From the NCBI RefSeq assembly GCF_006345805.1, contig NC_043001.1, positions 20,584,001 to 20,648,000 of the forward strand: DNA of 64,000 nucleotides. Reading direction: 5' to 3'. The notes beneath the pieces are model-generated. The model saw only the letters and a list, made by a program, of their open reading frames with translations. It was not told where the DNA came from and did not search any database. Made by a program: the position numbers and the translations under genes. This stretch comes from Octopus sinensis (lineage: Eukaryota). Every line of letters begins with the position of its first letter. Position 1 is the first letter of the stretch. Positions 52,278-64,000 of the stretch are shown piece after piece.

Positions 52278-53382
52278 ACAATGTTAAATGCAATTACAAG
52301 TTACATATATATGCAACAAGGTTCAAACTGTCTCAAGGTTCAAATAAAGAGGAAAAAATAATGATTTTAAGAAAAAAAAACCTTGAAAATATTAGTTTTT
52401 AATGATTGCATATATTACAAATTTAAACAAATATTAAAGTCTTACAGAATTAATAGTTTTTATCAAATATTTACTACTGATTAAAGAAGGCTTAGATGAT
52501 AAAGAAACATAACAAAAATTAAAAAAAAGAAAGATAAAATTCAATTCATTGAATAAATCTTATATTCCAAAGTGTAACAAAATTTATTCAAACTCTCCTG
52601 TCCTTCACAACCAACATGAAACAGGTCTGGCCAAAGTATGTATATAAGTATATATATATACAGCAACATAAAAGATTCTGAAAACTCAGCAAAATAATAT
52701 ATAAAAAAAAAACATGGAGAAAATGAGACAGTGGTGTCTTGTTATCTGTTATTAAGAGTTAGTGAATAAAAGAATTGAATATTTAAATATTATATTTAGG
52801 TTCACATACCATTTTCTTTTTTCAGCAATAGGTAAGCATTTACTGTTGTTGTTGTTGTTGTTGTTGATGATGATGGTGGTGGTGGTGGTGTGATGATAAT
52901 TATGATCATGATACTGATTGTGATGATAGGGCAAGAGGAGAAGGAAGAGGATGTGGAGGTGGACACCATTTCATTTTTTCAATGTGGTGGTGTTTGTTGA
53001 TTAGTCTATCACAATATTTATGAATAATTTACAAGCTTTGATGAAATGATTTTTTCCAAGATAACTTAACCATCACAGAATCAAGACTGTCTAACCATCA
53101 AAACCAAACAATCATTATTATATCTCCTTCTTAAATTTGTTTACATTAATAAGCATATTTTCATTTTGAATTTTTTTTCTTTTTTAAGGGAAAAAAAAAG
53201 TTCAACTTTCAAATTTTCAAACAAATAGTTTATCCACAGACGCATATAAATGTTTATCAAAATATCAAAATGTACCAATATCTAGATTCAAAATAATTAC
53301 TTTAAAAACAACATTATAAACAAAAGGAAACCCTTAACATCTATTCTTAAATATATTTCAAGATACATCAGTAAAGGATTAA

Positions 53383-53603
53383 CCCTTTCATTACCAACCC
53401 AGCCAAAACCGCCTCTGGCTCTGCAGTACAAATGTCTTGTTTTCTTAAGTTTTTAATTAAAATCTTCCACCAAACCTTAATCACAATTTATGTTCCTAAC
53501 ACTAGCTTAATGGTAGCAAAGTTATTTTACTAAATTCTTTGTTATATTTACAATAATTGAAAGAAACACAGAGCATCTCAAAATAAGTACGGTAAAGAAA
53601 GGG
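53383..53603. mobile_element. piggyBac-type MITE, second subfamily (221 bp)
   Basis: TTAA|CCCTTTCATTACC...GGTAAAGAAAGGG|TTAA. Confidence 0.8.
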
Positions 53604-55095
53604 TTAAATCATTTAAGACAAGTTTGATATATAATAAATTCTAAAGCAAACATCTAGGTAAAATAAGAATATCATACCTGGCAATATGGTAATAATTATT
53701 ACATGGAAGAACATTTAGTATCAAAACTTGCCTGCAAACGATAAATTATTTTCATTAGTTGTCCTATTATGGTATTCAGAAATATATTACTCTGCATTTA
53801 TAGATATGTTGCGTGTGCAACTATCTGCATATGTATTCATAATATATAAACCTAAATATGAAAAAGAATTATACGCACACACACATTAAATAACAGTTTG
53901 ATTCAGTTCCGTGAGCATAGAACACTTCCACATCATCAAATGTTCCAACTCTCACTTTGAATATCCGATGGTGTGGATATGTAATACACCCATGAAACTT
54001 TGAGTCAAACTGTTATTAAATTTATATAACTCTAAGTAAATGTTGGAGTCAGATCCATGGGAGCACAGCACACACACGCCCAAAGGAATAAGCAATTATG
54101 TTATAAACTAGGTAACAAAGTTCATAACTTCAGAAAACAGCACAGCTCCCATGACTTTTGGAAACATTTTTTCACGCTAAGAGTTGCTGAAGCATGGAAC
54201 AGACTGCCGGCATCAGTTGTTAGTTGTCAGAGCACTGCATCCTTCAAAACTTCCATGCTTCCAGAGATTCGCCAACATTACACCTGATTTTCTCCCCTCC
54301 ATACACACACAATCATGTATCTGACTCATACACTGTTGACTTCCCAGACATTTGTACATTACTGCATATACTTTATATGCACTTTTGACAAGTTGTGGTG
54401 CACCTGAGCACTGTATACAATAATTTCATTATATATTATTATTATTATAACATAATTGTCTATTCCTTTGTCATTCTAATTTCCCTGTACTCAACTGAAG
54501 TTTCACCAATACTACACTTGATATCCACCCCTTCCATACGTATGCACACATGCAAATCGTGACTCATACACTGTTCACTTTTCTGACTTTAGTACATAGT
54601 TCTATGTTCTGTACATGCACCTTTGTTGAGTTGTAGTGCACCTGAGCACTATACACAATAATTTCATTATTATTATTATATGACACTTGTGCTGGTGGCA
54701 CATGAAAAAGAACATTCGAACGAGGTCGTTGCCAGTACCGCTGGACTGGCTCCTGTGCAGGTGGCACGTAAAAACACCATTTGAGCGTGGCCATTGCCAC
54801 TACCGCCTGACTAGCCCTCATGCCGGTGGCACGTAAAAGCACCCACTACACTCTCGAGTGGTTGGTATTAGGAAGGGCATCCAGCTGTTGAAACTCTGCC
54901 AGATCAGATTAGAGCCTGGTGCCGCCATCTGGTTTGCCAGTCCTCAATCAAACCATCCAACCCATGCTAGCATGGAAAGCAGACATTAAATGATGATGAT
55001 GATGATTATTATTATATTCTGAAGCATTTGTATATTGTGTTTTAACACCAGGTTATTATTGCTATGCCAAAGTGAACTATTAATACATACACACA

Positions 55096-55162
55096 CATAA
55101 GTCTGATGAGTCGCTTATACTGCTAAGCACTTTGAAAGTGTGAAACCAATGGTCGCTCTATG
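55096..55162 (+). ncRNA. Candidate type I hammerhead ribozyme with enlarged, imperfect stem II
   Basis: CAUAAGU CUGAUGA [32 nt] GAAAC CAAUG GUC GCUCUAUG. Stem I pairs 7 bp with one bulge; stem III ACC/GGU; GUC cleavage triplet. Confidence 0.55.
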
Positions 55163-55254
55163 ACTGGTCATAACTTTTAATTTCCTAAAAATTCATACAT
55201 GCATTTACATATATAAATACATATATCTATATCTATATATATATATATATAGAA

Positions 55255-55578
55255 AGACTCCACCGGTTACGACGACGAGGGTCCCAGCTGATACGATCAA
55301 CGGAACAGCTTGCTCGTGAAATTAACGTGCAAATGGCTGAGCATTCCACAGACACGTGTACCCATAACGTAGTTCTCGGGGATAATCAGCGTGACACAGA
55401 GAGTGACAAGGCTGACCCTTTGAAATACAAGTACAACTCATTTTTGCCAGCTGAGTGGACTGGAGCAACGTGAAATAAAGTGTCTTGCTCAAGGACACAA
55501 GGCGTCGCCGGGAATCGAACTCACAACCTTACGATCATGAGCCGAATGCCCTAACCACTAAGCCATGCGCCCTCACTA
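55255..55578 (-). mobile_element. tRNA-derived SINE family D
   Basis: Minus strand: TGGCTTAGTGGTTAGGGCA (A-box), GAGTTCGATTCCC (B-box), then ccttgagcaagacactttatttcacgttgctccagtccactcagctg. Related heads near 26850-27150(-), 48720-49045(+) and 980-1110(-). Confidence 0.8.
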
Positions 55579-57453
55579 TATATATATATATATATACGCC
55601 CACGTGTATGTATATGTGAAGTGAGTGCAAGAGAAATGGTAAAATTTTCATGAGTAAATCAGTCAAAGAATAACTTAATGTGTCTTAATGGATAAAACAT
55701 TTAAAAATAGAAGACTGCACTTATCTATTTAGTTTCTTCATTAAAATTATTAAAAAGAGGAGAGAGAGAATTAGAAAATTATAGTAGTTTATTTGGAGAA
55801 TGAGTATGACAGGTGCTCTGTAGTGAAATCAGTAACACGGTCAGCTTGAGTCTCGTTAGTGGACCTGTTAGTTTGTCTCAAATTGGTGCTTATAATATCT
55901 AATACAGGAAAGAAATTGTTTCTTATTTTACACTTACAATTCCTGCATTTTGGAAAATTTAATTTACTGTTCATTTAGAATGCATAAATCTAATTACTAC
56001 TAACCAATACTACAATACTAAAATTTTCTTTCAAAAAAAAAAATCTACCAAACTCTACATACCATAATTGGTGCTATTTTAGTTTTATATTACATTAATT
56101 TCAGCTACAAATTGGTGCTTGATGTCTTAACAAGAAAAAATATTTTACTGTTTACCTAGAAGTGTTTTATTTGAAATGTTAGAAAATTTCTGAATATAAA
56201 TATATTTCAAAGAGCTAGATATGATGTAATACTTATAAGGTATCTTTTCAGAGTTATATCAATTAAAAAGCTCTATAAAGTCATTCATATCAAATATCAG
56301 TTTAAAGACAAAAATAAAATAAAAATATAATGATTAACTTCATATGTTTAAATGTTTAATCTCTCTCTATATATAAAGCTGAAGTTGTCTGTGTATGGCA
56401 GGTTTGGTAGCCTTCAACTAACACTATCTCCTCCGAGACCCTATGGCACAAGTTGACCAAAATTGAGAGTATGATAGAAGAAGGCCTGCTCTTCCTTCCA
56501 TAGAAGAAAAAATTCAAATCGGACCATGTTAACACCAAAAATTATTTACATCAAAAAGCTGCTTTTTTTCCTATGAAAATCCCTATTTTTTACGATTTTT
56601 TGACTGCTGTGTCGCCATTCTTTGGTGTATTTCAACCAGAAGAATGTTCACTTAAAGAGAATAACAAGCTACATAATGCAAAATTTTTACTTTTCAAAAG
56701 TTCCAATACTAAAGGGTCGAAAAGAAAACAAGCCCGAGCAACCCTGGGCTATACTGCTAGTTTATTTAAAAAAATTTATTAATGCTTTTATAATTAAATG
56801 CTTTGTGTGTGTGTGTGTGTGTGAATGAGAGAGAGAGAGAGAGAGATACAGAAAGACAGAGCGTGTGTAGTTAATGAATACAAGGGACATAACCTCAACA
56901 AAATGAGTTTGTCAACTACTGGAAGCTCTATCTAGCAAAAACGTCGACAAAGAAATACTGGATAATAAGTCATTTTACATATGTTTAGATGTAGTAAAAT
57001 TATTGTGCTGGTGACAGGAATAAATGACAGGACAAAGATAAAATTATGAAATGATAAAATAAAATGTACATGGCATAGCATTAACATCTTCATGTAACCA
57101 TAGTCACAAGATAATTCACATAATTACTCTCTGTTGTTAATAACTTACTTAGCAATTTATATTGTCCCTTATTTGAAGCATAAACAGTTTTAATATCACA
57201 AGTGGAGGAGGGGATGTCAATGCTGAGAAGTTATAGACACTAATTAAAGTAAACAAACAATTAGAACATGAAATCGTCTTGACTGGAAAACACATTGTTC
57301 TTAAGACTTTTTATTTGCTAGAGTTAGACATGAATGAAATCAAGTGTTGAAAAGTTGTCATTATAGAAAATATTTTGCAGAAAAGAGATTAAACATTGAG
57401 ATAAATACATTATTTACATTCGACGGATATTTGTCCTCATATTCTTTGTTGTT

Positions 57454-57499
57454 AACACAACGTTTCGGCTGATGTACTCTCCAGGCTTCATCAGGTATC
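57454..57499 (-). ncRNA. Minimal type I hammerhead ribozyme motif
   Basis: GAUAC CUGAUGA A GCCUG gagaguacau CAGCC GAAAC GUU GUGUU. Intact core, stem I pairs, stem II has one mismatch, palindromic ACGU stem III. Confidence 0.7.
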
Positions 57500-57620
57500 T
57501 TGGGCAAATTTCAAACCTGGGTTCTCATTCCGAAGGTATTTTTCTATGTTATTATTATTATTATTCAGGTCACTGCCTGGAATTGAACTCCAAGATTCTG
57601 AGTTCGATTCCAGGCAGTGA

Positions 57621-57651
<31 letters not shown>

Positions 57652-57711
57652 GACAACAACAACATCAAAAAATACCTTCAGAATGAGAACCCAGGTTCGA
57701 AACTTCCCCAA

Positions 57712-57757
57712 GACACCTGAGGAAGGCTGGAGGGTATATCAGCCGAAATGTTGTGTT
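57712..57757 (+). ncRNA. Minimal type I hammerhead ribozyme motif
   Basis: GACAC CUGAGGA A GGCUG gaggguauau CAGCC GAAAU GUU GUGUU. Stems I and II pair fully; C-to-U change in stem III. Confidence 0.65.
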
Positions 57758-60700
57758 AACAACAAACAAGATGAGGACAAATATCCGTCAAATGTAAACA
57801 ATGTACATGATTCCTCATCTTTTAAATACAGAACTGTATTAAGATAAATCTATAAAGGATTTCAATGTAACTCTATGATTATTTAATGAATGATGTGAGA
57901 TTTTTTTCTTCCTTTTTTTTATTTGTTCTTTTTGTCTTGCAAGTTACTCAACAACCTCAATAGTACAAGGGACGGGGCATGAGAAAAAAAGCACCCTGTG
58001 CACACTGTAAAGTAGTTGGCATTAGGGGGAGTATCTAGCTGTAGAAACCCCACCAAAGCAGACACTGGAGCTTGGCACAGCCCCATAGTTAGCTGGATCT
58101 TGTCAAATCATCCAACCCATGGGGTGGTGGCGATCCCTGCTGTACTTTTTCGCCACAACTTTCTCTCACTCTTTCTTCTGTTGGCTTGCTCGCTTAGCCA
58201 GCGGGGCGGCGTCATTTGAAGGCTAAAACAATGTGAAGTGCATTGTGACCAGCGATGTGTAGCAACATCTGATAGCCTGGTCGGTGACAGCAGCGACTTG
58301 TTTCACTCATGAAAAGCAGATGTTAAATGATAACGGTGTGGAGGAACAGGATACTTGAGAGACGAAAATATTCCAAAATGACTAACCTAAAGAAAACTTG
58401 ATTAATGAAACAGATTAACATGTTAGATATTAACAAACTGAAAAAAACTGAGCTGATCCACATTTTAAGACTTTTCATAAATATCTTGGTTTGGCAGTAT
58501 CATGGTCTTCCAAATGCAGTCATCAACAACAGCTTGAACTTTTTAATAGTAAATAAAAATCTCCCTGCAGTGATGTAGAGACACTGCAAAAATGACTGCA
58601 GAACTACACAGCCTGAGAAAGTTAACTGGTGGAACACACTTTAAGAATCACAGCAAACTGAAACTTCTGCTTAAGAAATGGCTTTAATACATCCAAGAGA
58701 AAAAACATTCCATACTATGAAAAAAGACCAGCTCGGTAATTATGTAAAAAGTAGAGAGTACATCTGAAAGATATACCCCATCAAATTAAAAAAAAAGCAC
58801 CCACTATACTCACGGAGTGGTTGGTGTTAAGAAGGGCATTCAGCTGTAGAAACACTGCCAGATCAGGCTGGAGCCTGGTGCAGCTTCCTGGCTTCCCAGA
58901 CCCCGGTTGAACCGTCCAACCCATGCTAGCATGGAAAACGGACGCTAAACGAAGAAGAAGACAATCAAAAGATCATGGGTGGGACTATTCTAAACATTAG
59001 ATGATAGAATTGAGAGAGAAAAGACCTGTGAATCTGCTACATAATAGAAATACAGAATTATCAGTCCCTCAACTTTCATTTGTTCTAATGTGGACAACCA
59101 AATTAAGAGAATTTCTAAAGTCAATAGAATCCTCTGCAATCTTCCAACAAAAACTTTCCAGGGGCATTCTTTTCATCTTTTACTTGTTTCAGTTATTTGA
59201 CTGCAGCCATGCACCTTGAAGTGTTTTAGTTGAACAAATCAACTTTAGTAATTTTTTTTTTTTTTGGTGTGGTACTTATTCTATCAGTTTCTTTTGCCAA
59301 ACAGCTAAGTTACAGGGGACATAATTAAACCAACACTTATTTCTTTATTGCCCAGAAAGGGCTAAACATAGAGAGGACAAACAAAGGGATTAAGTCGATT
59401 ACATCGACCCCAGTCTATCCAAAAAGCACTTGTGCCGGTACCACATACAGAGCACCCATACTGGAGCCATGTACAGAGCACATATGCTGGTACTATGTGA
59501 AAACACTGGTGCCGGTGTCACATAAAAAGCACCTGTGCCAACACCACATAACGAGCATTCGTACTGGCACCATGTATATTACCCCTAAGCTGGTGCCAAG
59601 TAAACATGTTCCCGTGCTGGCACCACATACAAACTATCCATACCTATTTCTTTATTACCCACAAGGGGCTAAACACAGAGAGGACAAACAAGGACAGGCA
59701 AAGGAATTTAGTCGATTACATCGACCCCAGTGCGTAACTGGTACTTAATTTATCGACCCCGAAAGGATAAAAGGCAAAGTCGATCTCGACGGAATTTGAA
59801 CTCAGAATGTAATGGCAGACGAAACACTGCTAAGCATTTAGCCCGGCATGCTAACGTTTCTGCCAGCTCACCACCTAATTTAACCAACACTAGTTATCAC
59901 GTGTAGTGGGGAGGACAAACGCGCACACACACTGACATATATGCATACATACAATGGGCTTCCACCCTATTTCCATTTACTAAATTCACTCACAAGCCAT
60001 TGGTCCGCTCAGGACTACAGTAGAAGCCACTTGCCCAAGGTACTGTGTAGTAGGATTGAACATAAGACCATGTGGTTACAAAGCAAGCTTCTTAACCACA
60101 CAGCCATGCCTAGATTCTAGTTAAAAAAAGAAAGTTTTTTTTTTTCTCTAAGCACGTTTTGACTGGCCGAATACTAAATAATAAAATAACTAGAACAAAC
60201 CCAACGTTAACTTATTTGATATCAAGTGACCTAACACCTTATCTTTACAGAACCTTACACCTTCCCGTCATAATTTTATGCATCTTTTATTTTTTTTTAC
60301 CTTCTACAATGGCCCAGTGGTTAGGGCAGCAGACTCGCGGTTGGAGGATCGCGGTTTCAATTCCCAGACCGGGCGTTTGTGAGTGTTTATTGAGCGAAAA
60401 CACCTAAAAGCTCCACGAGGCTCCAACATGGGGTGGTGGCGATCCCTGCTGTACTCTTTCGCCACAACTTTCTCTCACTCTTTCTTCTGTTGGCCTGCTC
60501 GCTTAGCCAGCGGGGTGGCGTCATTTGAAGGCTAAAACAATGCGAAGTGCATTGTGACCAGCGATGTGTAGCAACATCTGATAGCCTGGTTGGTGACTTG
60601 TTTCACTCATTAGGCTGTAGCCACCCTGGGGTGTCACCTTGAGGAAGTTTAGTTGAACAAATTGACCATAGTGCTTTTTTTAATCTGGTACTTGTTGTAC

Positions 60701-60784
60701 CAGTCTCTATTGCCAAACTGCTAAGTCATGGGGACTTAAAAACACATCAACACCAGTTGGTGTGTGTGGGGGGAACATAGGTAC

Positions 60785-61048
60785 AATGACACACACACAG
60801 AGGCACAAAGACATACATACACACAGAGAGGCACAGACACACACACACACAGAGGCACAAAGACATACATACACACAGAGGCACAAAGACACACACACAC
60901 ACAGGCACAAAGACATACATACACACAGAGAGGCACAAAGACACACCACACAGAGAAGCACAAAGGCATACATACACACACACACAGAGGTACAAAGACA
61001 CACACACACACACACACACAGAGGCACAAAGACAAACACACACACACG
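60785..61048. repeat. (AC)n-GAGGCACAAAG minisatellite, about 9 units, within a family A SINE
   Basis: Recurrent gaggcacaaag separated by variable (AC)n/acatacat tracts. Confidence 0.9.
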
Positions 61049-62689
61049 ACAGGTTATTTTCAGTGTCCGTTTACAAAATCCACTCACAAGGCTTTGCTTG
61101 GCCCAATGCTATAATAGAAGACACTTGTCCAAGTTTCCATACAGTGGAACTGAACCCACTATTTTCAAACTGGATGGAAACACCAAGACAAGGTACTTCA
61201 AACATCGCCATAAAAAAGGGTTAACTGTAAAAGTACCCCATAGTTACCATGTTCTATTTGTGATGTTACAAATTCAATAAACTGAAAATATACTAATTTG
61301 TTGACTATCTTTTGGTTCTAATTAAATATTACTTTCAAATATTCAATATAAATAAAAACAGAATTGAGAGGATAGGCACTACTAATTAGGTGGGTTGGGC
61401 GAGATTCCAGACAATGAAAATATAACTTTTTGAAATTACAACACAGACACACCAACATTCTTTATGGTGTTGTATTTCTTGACATATGACTAACTTGCTT
61501 GTCAACATTCAAATTCTGAGAAATGAAATAAAAAAATTAAAAAAAGCTGATATGTTGGTGTAAAACAAATTAAAAAGAAATATTTTCAGTGTTTACATTT
61601 ATGACTTATAGTTAATAGTAGATTGACACTATTTTCTCTTTTCTTTTCCCAATACATTTTTGTGAGATTTATTTAATACTAGCAGCTAAGCCCGGTTTCA
61701 CCCAGTCTGTTTGGATGATGTGGCTGTGATCTCTCTCTCTCTTTTACTCTTTTACTTGTTTCAGTCATTTGACTGCGGCCACGCTGGAGCACCGCCTTTA
61801 ATCGAGCAACTCGACCCCGGGACTTATTCTTTTGTAAGCCCGGTACTTATTCTATCGGTATCTTTTGTCGAACTACTAAGTAACGGGGACGTAAACACAC
61901 CAGCATCGGTTGTGAAGCAATGCTAGGGGGACAAACACAGACACACAAACATACATGCACACATATATATATATACATATATACAACGGGCTTCTTTCAG
62001 TTTCCGTCTACCAAATCCACTCACCCAAGGTGCCATGCAGTGGGACTGAACCCGGAACCATGTGGTTGGTTAGCAAGTTACTTACCACACAGCCACTCCT
62101 GTGCCTAAGATCGTTTTCGGTTAGGCATAATCTATAACAGCGTTTGTCAACCTTACCATTTCGGGTCCCCTGTTTCAATTGGAGCCTCCAGCTATATGAA
62201 AATCTCCTAACCCCGCCCCGTTAGAAAACAGCTTCTGAGCAACTGGTTGTTTTAATGGCAGAAGAAAGAATGAAATTCCATTAGAAAAAGTTTTAATCAA
62301 TTTTCTCAGTAAGTATGGGGGTTAAGAAAAAAATACAAACTGCATTCCAATCTATGCACCCATCTCCACATGTGTGCTATTTTTCATGTGAATCCACCCA
62401 GCCGTTTTGCTGTGAACCTCAAGACAAGAAAGAATACAATTATTGCCCATGTCCAATTTATATTATAGATATAACTAAGTGCAAACACAGCTGTGAAGCT
62501 AAGAAGTTCACTTCACAACCATGTGGTTCTGGGTTCAATCCTACTGCTTGGCACCTTGAGTGTCTTTAACTGTAGCTTTGGGTTAGCAATGACTTCTAAA
62601 TGAAATTTTGTATATAGAAAGATACAGAATAAACAGCTTATTGTATATGCATATAATTTTTCTTATAGAGACTGAAACTTTGTCTAGTA

Positions 62690-63273
62690 CAGGGCTGGCG
62701 AACCTGAGGCCCGTGGGCCGCATGCAGCCTGCAGACTTTTATTTTGCAACCCACTTGATGCTTTCTTGAAGTATTGTGTTTAATTTCAAAATAAAATTGC
62801 TTGTGCAATATCTTTATTTTAGATTACACCTTAAAAATGCAACAATTGTTTCAATTGCATTAACATATATATATATATATATTATTAGGAGCAGGCACTT
62901 CTGTGTGGTAAGAAGGTTGTTAACCAACCACATGGTACTGGGTTCAGTCCCACTGTGTGGCACCTTGAACAAGTGTCTTCTGCTTGATGTATGTATGTAT
63001 GTGTATGTACCTCCACCACCATCGCTTGACAACCAATGTTGGTGTGTTTATGTCCCCATAACTTAGCAGTTATTCAAAAGAAATTAAAAATTTATAAGTG
63101 GCAACAAAGCAATAGCCTACAATTTTATAATTTCAAACAAACGAAATTTATGAAAAATTTTTGATTCTGTAATTTGATTATTTGATCATTGGAGCATAAA
63201 GAATACAAACGGCCCTCAAAAAGCTTTCTGTGATTAAAGTGGTCCACATTGTAATTCGAGTTGACCAGGCCTG
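62690..63273. mobile_element. Non-autonomous hAT (Charlie-like) element with a SINE fragment inside
   Basis: CAGGGCTGGCGAAC...GTTGACCAGGCCTG with a perfect 8-bp TSD GTCTAGTA (62682-62689 and 63274-63281). Confidence 0.88.
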
Positions 63274-63429
63274 GTCTAGTAGCCCAAGTTTCAGTGGCAC
63301 GAAATTCAAGTTGTGAAACAAACTCTCAGCTTCAGTTCCAGTAGAAGAACCATATCCTTTGCATCACTGAGCACTCCTTTCTCATTTGTCCAACATAAAT
63401 CAATGTGTGTGTGTGTGTGTGTGTGTATA

Positions 63430-63895
63430 ATCAAATGGAAATTGTAGTTGTGATACCTGTGCCGGTGACATGTAAAATGCACCATCTGTACGTGGCCGAT
63501 GCCAGTATCGCCTTGACTGGCTTCCGTGCCGGTGGTACATAAAAAGCACCAACCGATCGTGGCCGTTGCCAACCTCCCCTGGCACATAAAAAGCACCATC
63601 TATACGTGGCCGATGCCAGCGCCGCCTTGACTGGCTTCTGTGCGGGTGGCACATAAAAAGCACCAACTGTTCATGGCCGTTGCCAGCCTACTCTGGCACC
63701 TAAAAAGCACCATCCATACGTGGCCGATGCCAGCGCCGCCTTGACTGGCTTCCGTGCCAGTGGCACATAAAAAGCACCAACCGTTCATGGTTATTGCTAG
63801 CCTACCCTGACACCTAAAAAGCACCATCCATATGTGGCCGATGCCAGTGCCGCCATGACAGGTTTCCGTGCTGGTAGCATGTAAAAAGCACCCAC
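63430..63895 (+). repeat. Alternating two-unit tandem array inside an RTE 3' UTR
   Basis: Unit A (aaaagcaccatcc..cgtggccgatgccagcgccgccttgactggcttccgtgccggtggcac) alternates with unit B (aaaagcaccaacc..tggccgttgccagcct..ctggcac), about four A units. Confidence 0.85.
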
Positions 63896-64000
63896 TACAC
63901 TCTTGGAGTGGTTGGCGTTAGGAAGGGCATCCAGCTGTAGAAACACTGCCAGATCAGATTGGAGTCTGGTGCAGCCTCATGGCTTGCCAGACCCCAGTCA

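Larger units (their letters stand above)
57406..57841. mobile_element. Foldback element with two inverted Penelope-type minimal hammerhead motifs
   Basis: Arms 57406-57590 and 57600-57805, 9-nt spacer. AGATAAAT direct repeat at 57399-57406 and 57842-57849. A collapsed relative lies at 27585-27777. Confidence 0.75.

Noticed and set aside
55938-55974. Minus-strand ATG...gtaagtg possible first coding exon (MNSKLNFPKCRN)
   Set aside because: Short, AT-rich, no homology and no downstream acceptor in a compatible context.
58430-58770. Possible very old LINE RT remnant
   Set aside because: Only faint motif resemblance with many stops; cannot be supported.
60707-61280. Overlapping 100-170-aa ORFs rich in C/V/L or H/T/R
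   Set aside because: Translations of an (AC)n-based minisatellite.
62157-62234. Minus-strand exon candidate ending at gtaagg
   Set aside because: Stops in all three frames and no partner exon.

Overview
AT-rich, repeat-dense eukaryotic DNA. The tRNA-derived SINE, LINE and microsatellite content points to a coleoid cephalopod, probably Octopus (inference). The first 33 kb hold the 3' 12 exons (+ strand, all GT-AG, phases consistent, 389 aa + stop) of a divergent IKKalpha/beta-family kinase gene covering the ubiquitin-like domain and helical scaffold/dimerisation domain. The kinase domain lies upstream of the window and no NEMO-binding LDWSWL-type motif is visible. The rest is mostly mobile DNA: at least four tRNA-headed SINE families, RTE, CR1 and Tx1/L1 LINE 3' fragments, mariner relics, piggyBac-type (TTAA) and hAT MITEs, non-autonomous Helitrons and Helentron/HINE-like elements, often nested. 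The most unusual signals are several hammerhead-ribozyme (HHR) motifs of the Penelope-like minimal type, including a 400-bp foldback carrying two inverted hammerheads around an inverted pair of Pol III B-boxes, and several long hairpins inside the kinase introns. Almost every ORF in the supplied track is repeat- or microsatellite-derived. No second protein-coding gene could be supported.
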